Of a DNA stretch of 64,000 nucleotides, positions 59,992 to 64,000 are shown piece after piece; position 1 is the first letter of the stretch; every line of letters starts with the position of its first letter. This DNA comes from Diplonema japonicum (lineage: Eukaryota > Protista > Euglenozoa: Diplonemea), in NCBI GenBank assembly GCA_964019335.1, contig OZ025666.1:620001-684000 (forward strand). Direction: 5' to 3'. A model generated the notes under the pieces. The model worked only from the letters and a program-made list of their open reading frames with translations. It searched no databases and was not told the origin of the DNA. Both the position numbers and the translations under genes were made by a program.

Positions 59992-61329
59992 ATGGTCCTG
60001 AATGAGGCACTCACACCAGTGACATGCCAAGTGCACTGGATCGTGAACCCTGTAGAGAAGACTTTTTCGGGAAGCTGCACGTGGCAGGTGTCAATCAACT
60101 CACCGTGTGATGTTGTGAGATGCCACGCACAAGGCTTGGAACTAGATGCCATCAAAGTAGCACAGTATAAGAAACCTCAGAAACTGGAGAATATTGACCG
60201 TGCTGAGGATGGGCTGCTGTCGTTAAAGGTGTGCGAGAAGATGCAAGAAGGCAGGGCGGAGATCTCTTTTTCATTCCGCGGGAGCATTAAGGGCACCGTG
60301 GGTGTGCACTTCAGCGGTCTGGAATCTAAGGTAGTGCAGACGCACTTTGAAGTGTCACACGGAAGGAAAGCCTTCCCGTGCTTCGACATACCCAGCATTC
60401 GTGCCACATACAAGGTGTCTGTAACTGTGTTGAACTCCTCTTCAGCAACCACTATCCTAAGCTGCATGCCGGCAGTCTGCACACGCACCAAAGGGACAGA
60501 CCTAACAGTAGAGTTTGGTGTGACACCGCCAATTCCTGTGTACGTGCTGTCCTTCATCACCTTTCCCTATGAGATCACGACACTTAGTCAGGAAGTTACC
60601 CTCCCCAGTGGCACAGTCGTGCCCATCACCGCAAGCATTACTCCCAACCCAAAGTACCCACTGGAGCTTCTTCTAAAGGCGACTGCTTATGGATTGGCCA
60701 CGTGTTCAGAATGGACAGGGGTCGAGTTCCCTCTTCCAAAGCTGGATGTTGTCGTGGTTCCGAAGCTGTGTTTAGGAGGCATGGAGAACCACGGGCTTGT
60801 CTTCATTGATGGTGCAGAGACCACGCCTGGCAAAGGGAAGAAGGTAGGGAACGACAGTACGATTGAGCTACTGATGCACGAGATCGCGCACATGTGGATG
60901 GGGAACATGGTGGGGCTGGAGTTCTGGGTGAAAGAAGGCTTGGCACAGTTTTTTGAAAAAACGCTCACCGACGGGTTCCTCGGGAGAAGTTGCTCTCTTC
61001 CGACAGATACGAAGTTCTCTTCAGGCCCTGTTGAGATAGAGAAGAAGAACAAGCCAAAGCCGAAGCCAAAGGCAAAGGGTAAAGCGAAGAAGGGGAAGGG
61101 CAAAGCAGAAGAGGTGGTAGAAGAGAAGAAGGAGACAGATGCGATAGATCACCACGATGTCTTCAACGGTAGTATGTACACAAAGAGCTTCCTGTGGGTG
61201 GTTGGGGTGGAGAGGGCACTGGGCAGGCAGGAGTTCTTGAAGCGGTTGTCGGACATGTTGAATGCGAATATGGATCAGTACATCCCAGAGGAGCTGTTCA
61301 TGGAGGTGTTTGGGGGTGAGAAGTTTTGA
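59992..61329 (+). CDS. M1-family zinc aminopeptidase, short form
   Basis: THFE...RKAFPCFD.P, FPLPKLD, GGMEN, HEIAH..W.KEG. Confidence 0.9.
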   Translation: MVLNEALTPVTCQVHWIVNPVEKTFSGSCTWQVSINSPCDVVRCHAQGLELDAIKVAQYKKPQKLENIDRAEDGLLSLKVCEKMQEGRAEISFSFRGSIKGTVGVHFSGLESKVVQTHFEVSHGRKAFPCFDIPSIRATYKVSVTVLNSSSATTILSCMPAVCTRTKGTDLTVEFGVTPPIPVYVLSFITFPYEITTLSQEVTLPSGTVVPITASITPNPKYPLELLLKATAYGLATCSEWTGVEFPLPKLDVVVVPKLCLGGMENHGLVFIDGAETTPGKGKKVGNDSTIELLMHEIAHMWMGNMVGLEFWVKEGLAQFFEKTLTDGFLGRSCSLPTDTKFSSGPVEIEKKNKPKPKPKAKGKAKKGKGKAEEVVEEKKETDAIDHHDVFNGSMYTKSFLWVVGVERALGRQEFLKRLSDMLNANMDQYIPEELFMEVFGGEKF

Positions 61330-61415
61330 GGAAAACCGCGCAAACTTACGAGCAGAGTAGTATCTTTCAATGTTCCTTTTTTCTCAAATATTCACTCATC
61401 ATAGGATGCGATGAT

Positions 61416-62332
61416 ATGTCGACATGCATAAGTCATTCTACGAAGCTAGATAAGTTTGGTCGGTCATGTCTGTACTACGATGCCAATGTTAACGAGTGTG
61501 GTACAGGTGACAATGTAGACTTCACAGCTGCTGTGCATTGCTGCGTGTGCAAGGTCACCCCTGTGCCCACTTCGTCCTCAGCGACACCCATTCCTGTTAC
61601 TCTTTCTCCGACGACCCTGCCCACACCATCGCCACCTTCATCTGACACGGATTTCGTGTTCATTGTCATAGTATGCTGCTGCGTGTTACTACTGTGTTGC
61701 GTTGTTGCCCTCTTGTGCATCTATAAGAAACGTCTTCGAAAGAACAAGCCTTCCGAGGAGCAGAGACAACTACAGCAGCAGTTCACAGTTTCTCCAACCT
61801 TCTCCGCCTCTAAAATGGAGCCACTCGAGATTTTGATGGCACCCCTTCCTGTGAAAACAGAGAAAATGGAGAAGACAGAGAGCTCAAGGTCCATCAGTGA
61901 CAGCGCAGTTAGCAGCTTTCCTTTGCTGAGTGTACCTATTGACGAGAAGGGACGGGGGAAGAGGAAGGCTCAAAGGAAGGCAAGTTTTTCTCCTGGTGAC
62001 AGAGGTTTCATAGCTCACTCGCCTCCGTCCCCCCCACCGGTGCCCGTGCCGCGTGACGCGGTAGTCAACAACCCAATAGAGCCCCTTGAGCCAAGGTATG
62101 CCGTACTCGTCTATGGACATCCCATCTTAGGTCGATCACGCCCGTGTCTCAGCTGTCTGCTAGCTACTCTCCCTCCAATAGCAGACGCTCACCATTCCTC
62201 ATAAAGCCGTCCTCCATATACTCGGTATACCCAGCCTACCACCACACCACACTACCACAGCCGCGGCGCACGCCAAGCCAGGAGGATCTTACTCCAGGAA
62301 ACATTCAGACTGGTAGTCCAGTAAAAATATAA
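61416..62332 (+). CDS. Single-pass membrane protein (Cys-rich domain, Pro/Thr stalk, Cys-rich TM, Pro/Ser tail); intron 62096-62130
   Basis: DKFGRSC..CCVC, TP-rich stalk, TM followed by KKRLRK; the intron joins ORF 62144; start uncertain. Confidence 0.7.
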
Positions 62333-62581
62333 TCCCTCTAACACCTAGCAGATTTGTATGCCCTTGAAGGGACGGGTCTGCTCGTCTGCCTTGGCTGTCT
62401 TTCGCTGGTGTATACATGTATCATAACCTCCAGTTGTGCAGCTCCTTTAATACGTTTTGTTCTATGTGCAACTGGTAGCCGATGGTATCCGGTGCTATTC
62501 CTCTTTTCATCTGTCCACCTTTACGAGTAGTTTCAGCTATCCAACACGTACTTGTTTTGTTTCACTACCGACAGGAATGAT

Positions 62582-64000
62582 ATGACGGTCATCCCGCCCC
62601 TTTTTAACGTTGGGTCACTTAAGGACTTTCATGACAAGTTGGAATGGGAGCTAAGTGAGTACCTAACAGGCATCAGTGCCATCAAGGAGAACAGGAATGA
62701 TAGCTACGTGCACGATAACAAACGAGCGTTTTTAGAGGTGCGACGGAGAGCGTTTAAGATAGCAGCAGAAGCGTACATCTCGAAGCATGCTGAGGCGCGT
62801 GACATAGATGCGTTGGCTGACGAGTATGGAAGTGGGGATGATTTGGTAGGTGTGCTTTCTGTGCTGCGTGAGCTGAGAGGCAGCAGTGTTCTTGCCGATA
62901 CGCAAAAGGCTGCTCTCGACATGCTAGCCGCCTGTGTCGACGAGTGTGGCAGCACGCCGTACGTGCACCCAAAAGGCGTGCAGCTCCCACGAGTACGGGC
63001 TGTAGTGCAAACAGCAGTGGAGGTCGGCACAGATCCTGTGGAGGTTGAGTTTCTTGATGACACTACTGACGGCGACCATCATGAGATGCTTGTGCGGGGC
63101 TCTAAGAGGGTAAACGTGGCTATAAACAAACGACACAGAATGAGCGAGTTGGCAACAAAGAACGATGCTCTTGCTGCATCGTTGGCTGACTACAACGACA
63201 CCGCCCGAGACACACAGAAGTTTGCTGACATATGCAAAAGGTGCTCTGAAGCCTTGCTGGAGATTAGCGAGACAGACCCGTGTGGGCTCGTGCAAGAGCG
63301 TACGCGACATGTGAAGAAGGTAGAAGACCTGGAGAATAACATCGCGCGCATGCGGCAGGAGGCCAGCGTCACACTCGAGACCATCATCAGCCAGTACGAG
63401 CACTTCACGGACCTCACGCAGAGCATCTCGCTGCTCGCGAAAGAGTGCAACTCTGCGAAGTCAGCTGCCAACCATGTGGACGACGCTGTCGGGCATTTCC
63501 AGTCGCTTGTCGAAAGTGAGTCTGACCAGCTCATCGCAAAAGCGCAGGGCGCTTCGACAGCAGCTTACCTTGCGGAGTCTGCAGGCACGTTCCTGAGTGA
63601 CTTAACTGCTGTCACACGTGCGCACATTAATGAGCACATAAACGAGGGTGATTACAGATTGGAGATGGCACAAGCATCTCTGCATGACGCGGCGGGAAGG
63701 TATTTCCAGATGCTTCAGCAGCAGGAGAATCGTGAGAAAAGGATCTTCGATGTGGTATGGTGACCCGCACATTATTCCTACCTTCACAGGCGGACCAGAA
63801 GATGCAATACACTACACTGCGAGGTATCGATGAGCAGCTCTTGGCTGAGCTTGAACGTCAGAAAGCATCTGCAATGCAGAAGCTAGGTGAGATAAAAACA
63901 GAGATGGCAAAGGTGCGCACGCTTCTAGAGAGTCACGGTGTCACTGATGCAATGCGGACACGACTTGGTGCCAACTCATTCTTAGACAAATACGACAGGT
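62582..64000 (+). CDS. Helical/coiled-coil protein, possibly distantly related to paraflagellar-rod proteins; intron 63755-63789; runs off the window
   Basis: 403-aa ORF continued in frame after a GTATGG..ACAG intron; family assignment weak. Confidence 0.65.

Overview
Eukaryotic nuclear DNA from a euglenozoan, most likely a diplonemid. This is inferred from the beta-tubulin sequence, a ZFK-like PX-FYVE kinase, a trypanosomatid-type calpain-like protein, unidirectional genes and many cis-introns. About 26 protein-coding genes all lie on the + strand, tightly packed, many with a CAG|G trans-splice-acceptor-like site a few nt upstream of the ATG. About 30 tiny GT-AG introns (mostly 31-57 nt, donor GTATG, AC-rich acceptors) join the ORF-track fragments into coherent genes and are biased toward 3' ends. 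Long homopolymer-rich non-coding blocks (26.4-29.9, 37.4-40.7, 41.8-44.9, 45.7-50.2 kb) hold the most interesting features. (i) A ~310-nt SINE-like element in two copies whose 5' end folds into an HDV-like nested double-pseudoknot self-cleaving ribozyme, intact in copy 1 and damaged in copy 2; its 3' tail resembles that of (ii). (ii) 5'-truncated non-LTR retrotransposon fragments. (iii) A ~700-bp inverted-repeat and palindrome element. (iv) Many long stem-loops separated by poly-A/T linkers. A 1.1-kb apparently identical nucleotide-sugar-transporter core occurs twice with unrelated termini. All gene models and RNA folds were derived by eye and need RNA-seq and computational confirmation.
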